A stretch of 64,000 nucleotides of DNA from Leidyana gryllorum EB-2025a (Eukaryota > Protista > Apicomplexa), in assembly GCA_048772705.1 (NCBI GenBank), contig JBLWGC010000036.1:186001-250000 (forward strand), in the 5' to 3' direction. Under the pieces are notes generated by a model. It was not told where the DNA came from, searched no databases, and worked only from the letters and a program-made list of their open reading frames with translations. Of this stretch, positions 50,182 to 60,997 are shown one piece after another. Made by a program: the position numbers and the translations under genes. Every line of letters begins with the position of its first letter. The stretch's first letter is position 1.

Positions 50182-52274
50182 ATGAACTGCTGGATCAATG
50201 ATAAGGCTGGGCAACTGGATCGACAATTTGGAGCGAGCAACCGCGTGCGGTAACTGCGCGTCTCCATTGGGATCGGAAGATCTTTTCGAGTGCTGTGCCG
50301 ATGTGATGATACTGACAGCCACCCCTCATTACCAGCATTTGTGTGGAACGCCACTGTCAGATCTATTGGAAGGATAACGATCACAACGGTCTGGGGCTGC
50401 AGGCAGGGCGGTGGGTCAACAATCCATTCTGTTGCTGTAAGCAAGATGCTCAGACCGTTATCGCATAGCTGTAGCATAATCTCGTCATCAGATGTTCGTC
50501 CTGTCAGTTCTTTCACATAGCAGACTGTACCGGGTGTGGCAACCACTAGAAACATTGGCTTAAATTTTGCGTCTTGAAAGGATGGTCCTCAATAAATGCA
50601 CTCCGCCATTGCTGGATATACCGCTATGCTTCGATGACTTGCCTTTCACCGTCACATACAGCCTCGTTGACAAAATTGCAGCAGACAGTTCGCTCGTCCT
50701 CTATGCTTGCTGGAGTGTCGAGGAGGAAGGAGACGAGGGATACAAAATCCCATCAATTGTCACTCAACAGGAAGATGTTGCTGTCTTGACCGCCTTAGTG
50801 GAGCGAACGGAGTTTAAGGGGGCCGCTGGCAAGATTGAGATTGACAGACGCGACAATAAGACTCGTGTTGGTCTCGTGGGCTTCGGGGATGCTTCTCGTT
50901 TCCGTCGAGAGAACATCTTTGCGACTGCAGAAGGAGTGGGGGAGAAAGTGAAGCAGGCGCGAGCCACACGGTGTACCATTGTGCTCGATGAAACAATGAC
51001 CCACGGCGACATTCAGACTCTCATTTGGCGCTTGGGATGTGCACTGAGAGCTGACAGTACTTACAAGAGCTCTAAGCCTAAGACACCTAACCCGCTAACC
51101 CACATCGATGTTCTGTGCTCCTTGTCGGACAAAGAATTTGAGACTGTGAAGAGGAGAGCACTCGCTCAGACCTACGGATCTGCTCTGTCGATGACATTGT
51201 GTGATGCGCCCCCCAACTATTGCAATTGCATCACCTTCTCTCAGGCTATCGAAAGGTGTTTCGCTAAGACGCCAAATGTTACTGTCACAATTCTGGACGA
51301 AGCAGAGTGTGAGAAGCTCGGCATGGGCGCCTTCCTGGGTGTGGCTCAGGGTAGCTACCACGGAGCTCGTCTCGTGCACGTCACCTACAAGAAGGGCGAG
51401 GCCAAGAAGAAAACCGCCTTTGTGGGCAAAGGCATCACCCTCGACACAGGAGGAGTGCAAATTAAATCAGGCGACGGTATGCTCCAAATGAAGGTAGGCC
51501 GTTCGCATCACCCCGCCGTCTCTATTTGTTTAACGTTTACAGTGCGACAAGGGTGGTGCCTCCGCAGTGATGGGCACCGCTTTGACCGTTGCACACCTCC
51601 AGCCGGCCGATGTGGAGTGCCACTTCATCGCTATGGTGTGCGACAACAGTGTCAGCGACAGATCTATGTACCCTCGTGACATTCTCACTGCCTCCAATGG
51701 CAAAACGATCGAGATCTCACACACGGATGCGGAAGGCCGTCTCGCTCTGGCTGACGGCCTCGTGTACGCAGAGAAACAACTGGGCGGACCGGGAGCGGGC
51801 ACCATCGTGGACATCGCAACCCTAACCGGGGCTGCTTTGGTCGGTTTGGGGACTGAAATGGGTTTGGTCTACTCAAACAATGACGCTACCCGGGACCTCA
51901 TCATCAAGAGGTAAGACGAGTCTTCACAAGTTGTCCTCCCACACTTGTCACAGTGCCAACCAACATGGAGAGCCAGCGTGGCCAATCCCGATCTGGCCCA
52001 GATACAGAAAGTCCCTCAAGTCGGACATTGCTGATATCAAGAACTCCCGACCACCGCCGGGATATGGAAACTCCATTGTGGCTGCCACATTCCTGGAAGA
52101 GTTTGTGGATGCAAAGGTGAGGGCCGTGACGACCACATTGGGACCGACCTGTTTGATCTACAGACTCCATGGGTCCACATCGATGCCGCTGGACCTCTGT
52201 GGAACTTTGAGCACCATCGAGCGACTGGTTGGGGAATCGGACTTCTCTCAGATTTCGCTATGGCACAGCCTTAG
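50182..52274 (+). CDS. LAP: M17 leucyl aminopeptidase
   Basis: VGKGITLDTGG.QIK, MK|CDKGG, HTDAEGRLALAD, DIATLTGA, LKSDIADIKN and WVHIDAAG; stop at 52272-52274. 5' exons uncertain. Confidence 0.92.
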
Positions 52275-52351
52275 GCACAAATGTCTCGAGCAAAGACTGT
52301 ACCTCGGGACACACAATAGTTTCACCTTTTTGGTGTCTCGTTTCTTTCCTC

Positions 52352-52769
52352 ATGATGCAACCGGCATTTCCTGTCTCCGTAACTCAGCGGCCCATCCGTC
52401 TACGCCGAACGATTGTTGCCCCCCCAAGGCCGAACGACTTGTTGCCTCCCGCAAGGCCGAGCGACTTGGTGCCTCCCCAAGGCCTCCCCAGCTGTCGTTG
52501 GCCAAATACAAAGTGTCTGAGGAGGGTATGGCGGCCCTATCCAAGTTGTCTCCATCACGTTGCAGAATCATCACTGCACCGCCTGCGCGAACCAACACAC
52601 ACTTTGGACAACCAATCAGCTGCGAACTACAGATACTGGTGAACTCGAAGATGTGATCACAAATCGATCAGTCACTCACTCATTGGCGGTGTGGGTACCG
52701 ACCGAGCTGTCGGTTCGGGATCGGGTCGTGCGTTCCCGGAGTGTGCTTTCACAAAGAGTGTGCGGGTGA
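52352..52769 (+). CDS. Small two-exon orphan protein (about 125 aa) with Pro-rich repeat and four-Cys cluster
   Basis: ATG 52352 follows a T-rich spacer. A 40-nt GT-AG intron at 52526-52565 joins two ORFs in frame (CRWPNTKCLRR|NHHCTAC) and fills the gap between neighbouring genes. Confidence 0.5.
52405..52484. repeat. Short tandem repeat with a 26-27 nt unit (CAAGGCCGARCGACTTGKTGCCTCCC)
   Basis: Units at 52425-52451 and 52452-52477 with partial flanking copies. Confidence 0.85.
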
Positions 52770-52822
52770 TCGAGCTGCCAAGCTTTTATGTACGTTTCTT
52801 TTGTTTCTACTTTGCCCCCGGT

Positions 52823-54997
52823 ATGAGTTCAAGGTTCATCTTCTTAGTCACCACGATCCTCAACTCAGTGAGGGGGGAAAGACTATGCTTGTGGTTCTAT
52901 AACGGATTAGGGGGTCACCTGGCGGACATTGACTCTGGAGATTGTCTGGAGCAGTGCACGAGCACCCGGTATGGTGTGGGAGCTACCGCGCTCACCATTG
53001 ATTTCGGCTGGGTGACTGACGAATGTGACTCCAATCTGGTTGTAAGCATGGGGAACACGGTTGCAAAAACCTCGTATGAGAGCTGGATGCTGGACGACAG
53101 CGTGGCTCTCGATGCTGCCGCCGTTCTCAACACCAAAGCAACTTTGATACGTTCGGGTGACATAGAATTTGGCTTCGGACTCAACCGGACGAGAGATGAT
53201 CGACTCGGTACACTATTGGGAGCGAATTTGTTGTATGAGGGCGAACGAGTATTCGAAGCCTATCATATAGAAAATGTGTACTTGAAGGGCAGAGTTCGAA
53301 AGATAGCTTTCATTGGAATAATCGACAGTTTGGTACGTGAATCTCTGTACCCGCCCGCATTGGCAGGCTATGACCTGAGCCCCCCGGTGGAAACCGCCAA
53401 CCGAATTGCAGAGGATATCTCCGAAGCACACGCTCCCGATTTGATCATTTTACTCGTCGACACCGACGAAGTGCTCCAAGGATTGAGTCCCAAAATTCAC
53501 GCGATCGTGGGAGGACCAGATCGAGGAGACCCATGGGGCCGTCTTCCATCTGGTGTCAGGATGCCAGCGGATTTGGCTGGGAACCTCGCGCTCCTGAGGA
53601 TCGACGCGTATGGGCCTGCAAGAAATGAAAATGCCTCTGCCAAAGATAATTACGACCACCGAAACCGTTCAATTGAGGGGTTCACGACATTGGAAACACA
53701 GGGACGGAAATTGCGGTCGGCAGCGAAAGATCTCCCTACGACAACAGTGCATCTCTCGCCGTCAGCCGGTGCAACGGCCTACTTTTTAGAGACCACCGCT
53801 TTGGTTCGAAATCATTGGGTGGCCCTCCGATATGAGAGCGGCCACAACGAATGGACGTACAACCGGTCTCCCATGCTGCTGAGCAGCACTTATGCAACGA
53901 GAGCTAAGAATTTTGTTCGTGCAGTGTGGGCATCGCTGCAAGGCTCGGACGAAGAGCTGGCGCGCAGTGATGACTTTTGGGGCTACAAGGATACGGATTT
54001 CATTCTGAATGCGTTGTATGCTGATGCTCTGCTGGATGCAGCGACGAGACTGGGAGAGCCCACGGCGACTATGGCTTTGGCTGGGGGCTGCTTCCTCACT
54101 CGCCCCGCTTCCCTCCAGCATCATCAGGGGGTTCTAACCAAACGGATGTTCCGAGACACCTTCTTCAAGGGAAGTAGGGTAGTGGCCGTTGACCTTACGG
54201 GCCATCAAATCAGACGACACTTACTACGGCCCCGGGACTGTCCCTCTCTCGGAGCCGGATTTCACTGGATCTCCCGTTTAATGATCCCTTTGGGTGCCCG
54301 ACTTTGCTGGGCAACCACAGAGCTCGGCGAGGAATTCGACTGCGACTCCATCAATTTGTCCGCCACATACCGTGTTTTACTCAGTACGCCTGGGTACCAA
54401 CAATACAGTCTCCAGGAGGGAAGCAACCCCCGACACATTGACGTCTTTGATTACAACCTGGTTATTGACTATGTCAAACAACAAGCTGGTAAAAACAATG
54501 GAGTCCTTCCCAGACCCCATGAGCGACAATACTATGGAATCAACGATTATCGGTCTAAAACCAAACTAAGTCTGATCAACTATGGCTATACACATAATGC
54601 GCTGACGATACAAGCCACCATTAGCACGGAACATGACATGTTAAACGGTCCATTTAGTCTAAGATGGTGGTTCCCTACATTTTCAAGGGTAACTCGTCAA
54701 CAAGTAAACACGTTATCGGTCACGAAAACACAGCCGTACACCGTGAATATCTCAATCCCGAGTGTTCCTTTTGAGGCGGAAAGTTTGTACGTGTCTCTGG
54801 TGACGGAACGCTTCGGGGTGGACAATCTACCCTTCGGAGGCGTACTCGCTGAGTTGAATTTGACTAATGAGGGGGGAAACGAAGAGACTCCGATCAAAGG
54901 TGATGGTGATGGTGATGGTGGCACCTCGGTGTACAACACCGCATACTATTTGCTGATACTGTCTCTGCTATTGCTGTTCATACTCACTTTGGTCTGA
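52823..54997 (+). CDS. 5'-nucleotidase/apyrase-like surface protein, probably catalytically inactive
   Basis: Signal peptide MSSRFIFLVTTILNSVRG; metallophosphoesterase-like blocks LLGANL, KIAFIGI, DLIILL and AIVGG; 5'-NT C-domain-like NALYADAL and VDLTGHQI; hydrophobic C-terminus (TM or GPI). Intronless. Confidence 0.68.
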   Translation: MSSRFIFLVTTILNSVRGERLCLWFYNGLGGHLADIDSGDCLEQCTSTRYGVGATALTIDFGWVTDECDSNLVVSMGNTVAKTSYESWMLDDSVALDAAAVLNTKATLIRSGDIEFGFGLNRTRDDRLGTLLGANLLYEGERVFEAYHIENVYLKGRVRKIAFIGIIDSLVRESLYPPALAGYDLSPPVETANRIAEDISEAHAPDLIILLVDTDEVLQGLSPKIHAIVGGPDRGDPWGRLPSGVRMPADLAGNLALLRIDAYGPARNENASAKDNYDHRNRSIEGFTTLETQGRKLRSAAKDLPTTTVHLSPSAGATAYFLETTALVRNHWVALRYESGHNEWTYNRSPMLLSSTYATRAKNFVRAVWASLQGSDEELARSDDFWGYKDTDFILNALYADALLDAATRLGEPTATMALAGGCFLTRPASLQHHQGVLTKRMFRDTFFKGSRVVAVDLTGHQIRRHLLRPRDCPSLGAGFHWISRLMIPLGARLCWATTELGEEFDCDSINLSATYRVLLSTPGYQQYSLQEGSNPRHIDVFDYNLVIDYVKQQAGKNNGVLPRPHERQYYGINDYRSKTKLSLINYGYTHNALTIQATISTEHDMLNGPFSLRWWFPTFSRVTRQQVNTLSVTKTQPYTVNISIPSVPFEAESLYVSLVTERFGVDNLPFGGVLAELNLTNEGGNEETPIKGDGDGDGGTSVYNTAYYLLILSLLLLFILTLV

Positions 54998-55022
54998 GCA
55001 GTGGCTTTCACTTCACATTCGC

Positions 55023-55025
<3 letters not shown>

Positions 55026-55062
<37 letters not shown>
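55026..55062. repeat. (CA)n microsatellite, about 18 units
   Basis: Perfect CA run between two convergent genes. Confidence 0.98.
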
Positions 55063-55065
<3 letters not shown>

Positions 55066-55154
55066 TATCCCACCCTGCATGTGATGGACAACATTACCTT
55101 TCAATCAATGACTGTGCGCTGAACTTAGTTCCGTGTAACTTTAGGTTTGATTAT

Positions 55155-55850
55155 TCAAAGAACATCATCGGCCATATATGCCAGCTTGACAAGTTCTTGC
55201 CACACTTCCTCCATCAAGGCTTCGAACACCATGGCTGCCATGTCTCCACCAGTGGGGCCGTTTGCGTCGTCATTCTTTGTGGGTTCAGCGGTGACTGTGT
55301 CTTCATCCTTGCTGCCCTCTTCTTCTTCTTCCCCCTCGTCTTCATCTACCACCTCATCACAGTCGTCTAGTGCCCACTCTTCGACGAAATCGTCCCATTC
55401 GTCTTCATCGAACCAGTCGAGGATTCCGGCAAAGGATTCGTCCTCTTCTGCTTCGGGGGCGGGGAGGGCTCCCTGGGTGAGCCGGGTGGTGGTGGAGTCT
55501 TTGTCTTTGTGGAAGACGTGGTTGATGGACCAATCTGTGTCCCCAAAAGTGCAGCTAGGATGAGTGAGTATTTTGGATACCAAACTCTTGATGAGACTAT
55601 GTGCACTGTGGCCACTGAGCGTGGGGGCAAACAAACGAGATAGCTCTTCCTGTTGAGTTAATTTGGGGCATCGGTCGAGGTCGGGATGATATAGAGTGTG
55701 TAATGGAGGATTGTAACCCAAAAGGCGTTGAGGCTTCTGATAGCTAGCTATTCGGTGCGCAAGGAGTTTGCCTAAGCCATGGAGGTGTACGGGAGCGGTA
55801 GCCACCAGCAGGGGGGCGAGAGCCATATACTTCAGTAAGCGACGCGCCAT
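55155..55850 (-). CDS. Acidic secreted protein of unknown function
   Basis: 231-aa intronless ORF with a hydrophobic N-terminus and an Asp/Glu-rich tract. Confidence 0.65.
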   Translation of the reverse strand: MARRLLKYMALAPLLVATAPVHLHGLGKLLAHRIASYQKPQRLLGYNPPLHTLYHPDLDRCPKLTQQEELSRLFAPTLSGHSAHSLIKSLVSKILTHPSCTFGDTDWSINHVFHKDKDSTTTRLTQGALPAPEAEEDESFAGILDWFDEDEWDDFVEEWALDDCDEVVDEDEGEEEEEGSKDEDTVTAEPTKNDDANGPTGGDMAAMVFEALMEEVWQELVKLAYMADDVL

Positions 55851-55883
55851 TTATGACACATTAAGGGCATGCAAAAAACTAGT

Positions 55884-57640
55884 ATGAGGAAGCGACACCA
55901 GAAGCGCGGTCATGCGTCCAGGTCCGAGGAGGAGATAGAGGACGATACCGGAAGCGAGTTTCTGGCCTCTGTGAGTGTCCGAATGTCCACTTTGACTGTG
56001 AGTGCCTACAGGCTTCGGAGGAACAGCTTAACGCACCCATTGACCACGGGAAGAACAAATGGTCGACGTTCCGCACTCGGTTGATGTGAGTATCGCGGCT
56101 TCCACTGAACGTTGGAGAGTATATGTGTGCAATTATTGCAGTTGGACGCTCGTCCTTATCTTCAGTTTCTTCCTCATCCTTGCGGCGGGTCATTTTTACT
56201 GTGGTCTGCTGGTTATGGTGAGCGCGTGTCCCATATGAGGGGTCGGTCAATATTCTTCCCCACACACTGTCAGGCCATTATGATTGCGTCATATCGGGAG
56301 ATTATATATCTGAAGCGTAATGCGGAGAAGGAAAAGCGACTCCCGCTATTCTTCGTACAAAGGTGAGTGTGAAAGCACAAATGTGCACTATGTATCCACA
56401 GATACTACTGGTTCGTCCTCACTATCTTTGGATCGCTATACGGCTATATGCTCCCGTTTGCCCAAGTATTCCACAAACCGCCCGGGTGGATGTATTGGAT
56501 CGTGGAGAACCACACTCTTGTTACCTACATGGGGGCGCTTTTAGGATTTTTAGTCTTTGTTCTCAGTCTGCGACGGTAAGGTCTCGTTCTGACTCTGGGG
56601 AATGATAGTAAATGGCCTCTCGCAGATTCTCCATCAAGTACCAATTCGCGCAGTTATCACTGCTGCTTCTGACATGTATCATTGTCGTAGCGCAGGGAAC
56701 CGCGCAGATCAAGAATATATCGTTCGGGCTCATTTGGTTCATCATCCCTTCGACTTCAGTCATTGCAAATGATATATCTGCCTACCTATGTGGAATGGCT
56801 TGGGGCAAAACCAAGCTGATCCCCCGCATCTCTCCTAAGAAAACTGTCGAGGGTTTCTTCGGAGCGTCAGTGGTAACCTTCGTGTGGGCACTGCTCTTGA
56901 TGGAGCTGCTGGGCCACTTCAAAGTCTTGATTTGCCCAGAGACTCATTTGACAATAGTTCCTTTCGCCATGTGGAAGGATGCCCAGTGCCCCACTCCGGA
57001 AATCTTCCAACTGCACACAGTCCCGTCTCCACAATGGATGCGCTCCCTCGGTACGTTTTCTTCTCTGCTGCGCAATATTCAATCGATTTTCCACAAATCT
57101 TCCTTTACCACCAAAACATGTATGAATAACGCCCGAAATCCGCAGGTTTGCCTCAGGAGCTGATGTATCGCCCCAGCTGGATTCATGCCTTCATTCTCGC
57201 GGCCTTCGCCTCTTTCGTGGCTCCTCTCGGAGGTTTCCTCGCCTCAGCTTTCAAGCGGGCCCTGAACGTTAAGGGTAAGAAGAAGTCGTCCCCGTCCAAG
57301 TCGTCTTTGTTCATCAGATTTTGCCTCATACATTCCCGGACACGGAGGAGTAACCGATCGGTTCGATTGTCAGCTGATGATGGGAATGTTTACGTACGTC
57401 TATCTGAGGAGGTGAGTCAGAGATCACTGATTTGGTGCTGATTAGCGTTTGCAATAATGCAGTTTTGTTTTGAGAACAAGTCGGGGAATACCCGCTCTGA
57501 CACGACTACTCGCTATGGAATCGGGCGATAGAGTGACCTTCTTCAAAGAACTCGCCACTGAGATGGCCTCCATGCTTCCGGCTGGCGAGTTCGCCGCAAT
57601 CCAAGAGGTGTTCTGCTCACAGACGACGTTGGGTCTGTGA
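55884..57640 (+). CDS. CDS1: CDP-diacylglycerol synthase (phosphatidate cytidylyltransferase)
   Basis: [41 protein letters not shown] and spliced [17 protein letters not shown]; stop at 57638-57640. Alternative ATG at 55869. Confidence 0.95.
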
Positions 57641-58045
57641 CGTCATCCAAGAGATCAAAGCTGTGCAGGTCGGTTACGAAGCTGTCTTCCACACCCTTCC
57701 GAGGCCGTCGGCTACGCAGTCGAGGGGCGAGCGGAGGGTGCCACTTTGGCGGTATCTGCATCGCAAAAGTTGGCGATACCTCCCAACAACGCTTCTTCTT
57801 GGCCACGAAGCGCCTCCATATCAGCCAAAGCTCCAACATAGTCACAGCAATCAGAAAATATGTGGTGCAGTCATAATGTGGCCGCAGAATCGCCGGAGCT
57901 GGACCACTTGAGATCGATCATCACCATCTCTCACCTGTCTCAACACAGATCCCATGCCAGCACACGCTGGTGGCTCGAGTCCGTAGAGAAGAATGTCTCA
58001 TTGGTGTTTGGGTGCACTATCTTCGCCAACAGTTCGCGCTCATCA

Positions 58046-60982
58046 CTAGAAACAGTACACCTCCCACTTGGGGACCAGCGCAAGCACCACACGAAGCGCA
58101 CGCAGCCCGCTCTACAATGAAGCGACTCATCCGAGCCACACTCACCAACCGAGACAGCACCAATATATCACCCTGTTTCACATCGACGGACATCATCTCC
58201 TGCGGGCACATTGCATGACGACATCAGTCAATAAATCACAAAACTCCTCACCTGTCCGCGAGCAATAATGTCGAGAGATGCATCAGTCTGGTTGTGACGT
58301 TCGGCCGCCTGCTCCACCACAACGCGCGCCCATCCAGCCAGTACCAACAGTATACAGGGGTCTCCAAAGCGTGGCATGGGGTCCTTCGAGCTCTGTCCGC
58401 ACAGCTCAGTCGGGACCAGAACCAATTGGGCGCTGTCGAGTGGGGGTAAATGGGGACCTCCAACAGACTTCCACGCCGGAAGGGCAGATATTTTGGGACT
58501 CTCAGCCAGAGCTTTAATTGTCATGTCATACAAATCTTGAATGTACGGCGGAAACTCCTCCGGCAACTCTCGACCGAGACTGTCCTTGAAACTCCACATG
58601 TCGTGATTCCTATCATAACGCTGCCGCCACGCAGCTGAATACCCTTCTGGCCGCTGCGAAGGCCCAGAAATCGGTAAAGCTGTCCAATTGCACAGAAACA
58701 TACCTCATTGTTGGTCATCAACTCGCACACCTGTTCGCTTCGCAGCCTCCCGATCAAGCCTTGCACACAGCTCATCGGTACAAAAGCGGAGCAGTGCAAA
58801 GCACCTTTCATCACAACCGTCGACTGTGGGCACCGTGAAAAGATAGAGAAGGGGGACAAAAGCTCTTACCGAAGCTGTTGTGGGACTTGTAACTCTCAAT
58901 GGCTCGGCGGGGTGGAAATGCCCATCCAAAAAGTTCTCGAGTGGCAATCCCACAAAGTCTGCCTCAGCACACGGATTGGAGTCCTTGAGGGAGCATTTCT
59001 CTGTCTCTGGATTCAGAATGGCCCAGCTGATGGGACGTAAACTTCTCTGCAAAGGTTTCAGGCGATGTCGCGGCAGATTCCATAGTTTGTGCTGCCCCGA
59101 CATTTGCACCGGGACGACCAGTGTCCGGGGAGCTTTGCATATGAAGACATAGGGACTGTCGTTGACCTCGCGAGTGCTGACAAAGCAATGTTTGTCGCGA
59201 GTAAATCTGCCCTGCTTAATCAGATCCGGTAGATCCTTCATCTCGACACAATCAATCAGATCAACACAACCCAATAACGCAGACGTGGGCCAGAAAGGAG
59301 GCATTGGTGGATGCTCTTTCCCATACACATGCGAGTAATGCTCCACCATTTGAGCGAGCGCATCAGGCTCTGGTTCCTTGGAGGCCGCATGGATCCATAG
59401 GCGTCCGCGGTAGTCTGTTCGCCACACCCGCCCCTCCACCCTCTTGAAGCCATAGCACATCAGCGAAGCCCAAGGCTGGTGAAGTGTCAGACACACGCCG
59501 TCATCAGTTTCATCGTCATAGTCGGGAGACACATAACCCGTGTCAATGGGTTTCGACTCATACTTCAACGCTGTCGCAATCGCGGTGTCGTCGTTGTCCA
59601 TCAAAAGTTCGTCACCCTCCGAACCTTCGGCATCGTCATCAATGTCCTTCTCCAATTCTTTCCGTCTGATAAGCCGTAAACGTCTTTCAGCCTTCGGGCC
59701 AACTCCTTCTGCCGCATCTATCTTCTTCGGGCTCTGTACTTTGGCCGACCACTTGGGAGCTGCTGGCTGTGAGGCTCTCTTTTGTGCCTGTGCGTCCTAC
59801 GCACAGAGATTTTTATTGTCTCCGATCCGCATAACCTTACCTCTGTCTTCAACAGACCCTTGTACAGATCGGCAGTAGTGCCTGTCAAACTGGGACGGGC
59901 CTCAATACTGAAATGCTCCCAGCTGATATTCGCTTCTTCCTCCTGGTGGGGGGCAGATTTCTGATTGGGGGAAAGACCATCACGACCCGGCTGCGCAGCA
60001 CTGCATTGTTGAGCTTCGTCAGCCAAGAAGTCGTGCAATTCGACTTTCATTGTATTGGCAAACTCTTTCTGCACATCTGACATGTGCATTGTCTGATGCT
60101 CGATGTCAATTGTCAGTTTGCCAAGATCTCGGTGACCGAATTCTGACTTATGCTCTTCGGCAGCCGCCAGTTGTCGAGCCCGATTCCTTTGGGCCTCGGA
60201 AATCCATGGATTATTACTTTCAGCATAAAAGTCGGTCTCCATATCGTGCACCTGCATCCTACGAGCAGCGTCTGTATCATACTGGACGAGCCGGAGTGTG
60301 GTTTCTTTGGCTTTGGTGAAGCCTTCCAGCGATTTATAATCATCCGGCGTGCCATCATTGCAGCCACAGAACAAGCAAGCCCCCTTGCCTTCTTGCTCAC
60401 ATTGAATTTTGCCACATCGTATGCAATTAGTGATAAACTTGTGCTCCTGACCGTTACAGAGACACAATATTCGTGCACGACCCTTCTTCTTCTTGTTGGT
60501 TGTGGCGAAAACAGGAGCACGAGCGCGTGCGGGGGCGACAAGCTCACCCAATACGCCATCATCACTTGATTCGTCTGCTGCTAGTGCGGTGGGAGGTCCA
60601 TTATCGGGCACATCCTCAACTATTTCGGCGTCGGAAGACACGGGGCTGGCTGCTTGGTTGGTGTTGTCCTCCCACTCATCCTTGTCCTCCTCAAGATGTG
60701 TCTCTTTGTGTGTGGATGCTTTAAATTGGGCGAAGAGCTCGGTCGCAAATTGCCGTGCCACCACGAAAGCATCTTCTCGCGGGCTGAACGACGAAAGGAA
60801 GTCTGTTAGCTCATCTGGGTCTTCAAAGGTCAAGACGTGGGATATAACTTGCTCATCGATCGAATTAGCCGGTTGACACAATACCTAGCATGTGTAGCAC
60901 GTTCAACACAACAACTATGCTAGAGAGACTGACTGACCTTGACCAAGTTATGACGCACCCATTCTGTGGAGTTGGCAAACAT
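58046..60982 (-). CDS. TRIP4: ASC-1/TRIP4 (Rqt4): PWI-like, zf-C2HC5 and ASCH domains, plus a C-terminal AlkB-like extension
   Basis: zf-C2HC5 CLCNGQEH..NCIRCGKIQCEQEG.GACLFCG. Intron 59797-59840 joins in frame to ASCH (CLTLHQPWASL..KRVEGR.W..RGRLWIHA). Further in-frame exons continue to about 58.05 kb; 3' end approximate. Confidence 0.88.
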
Positions 60983-60997
60983 TCAAGACTTTTTTTC

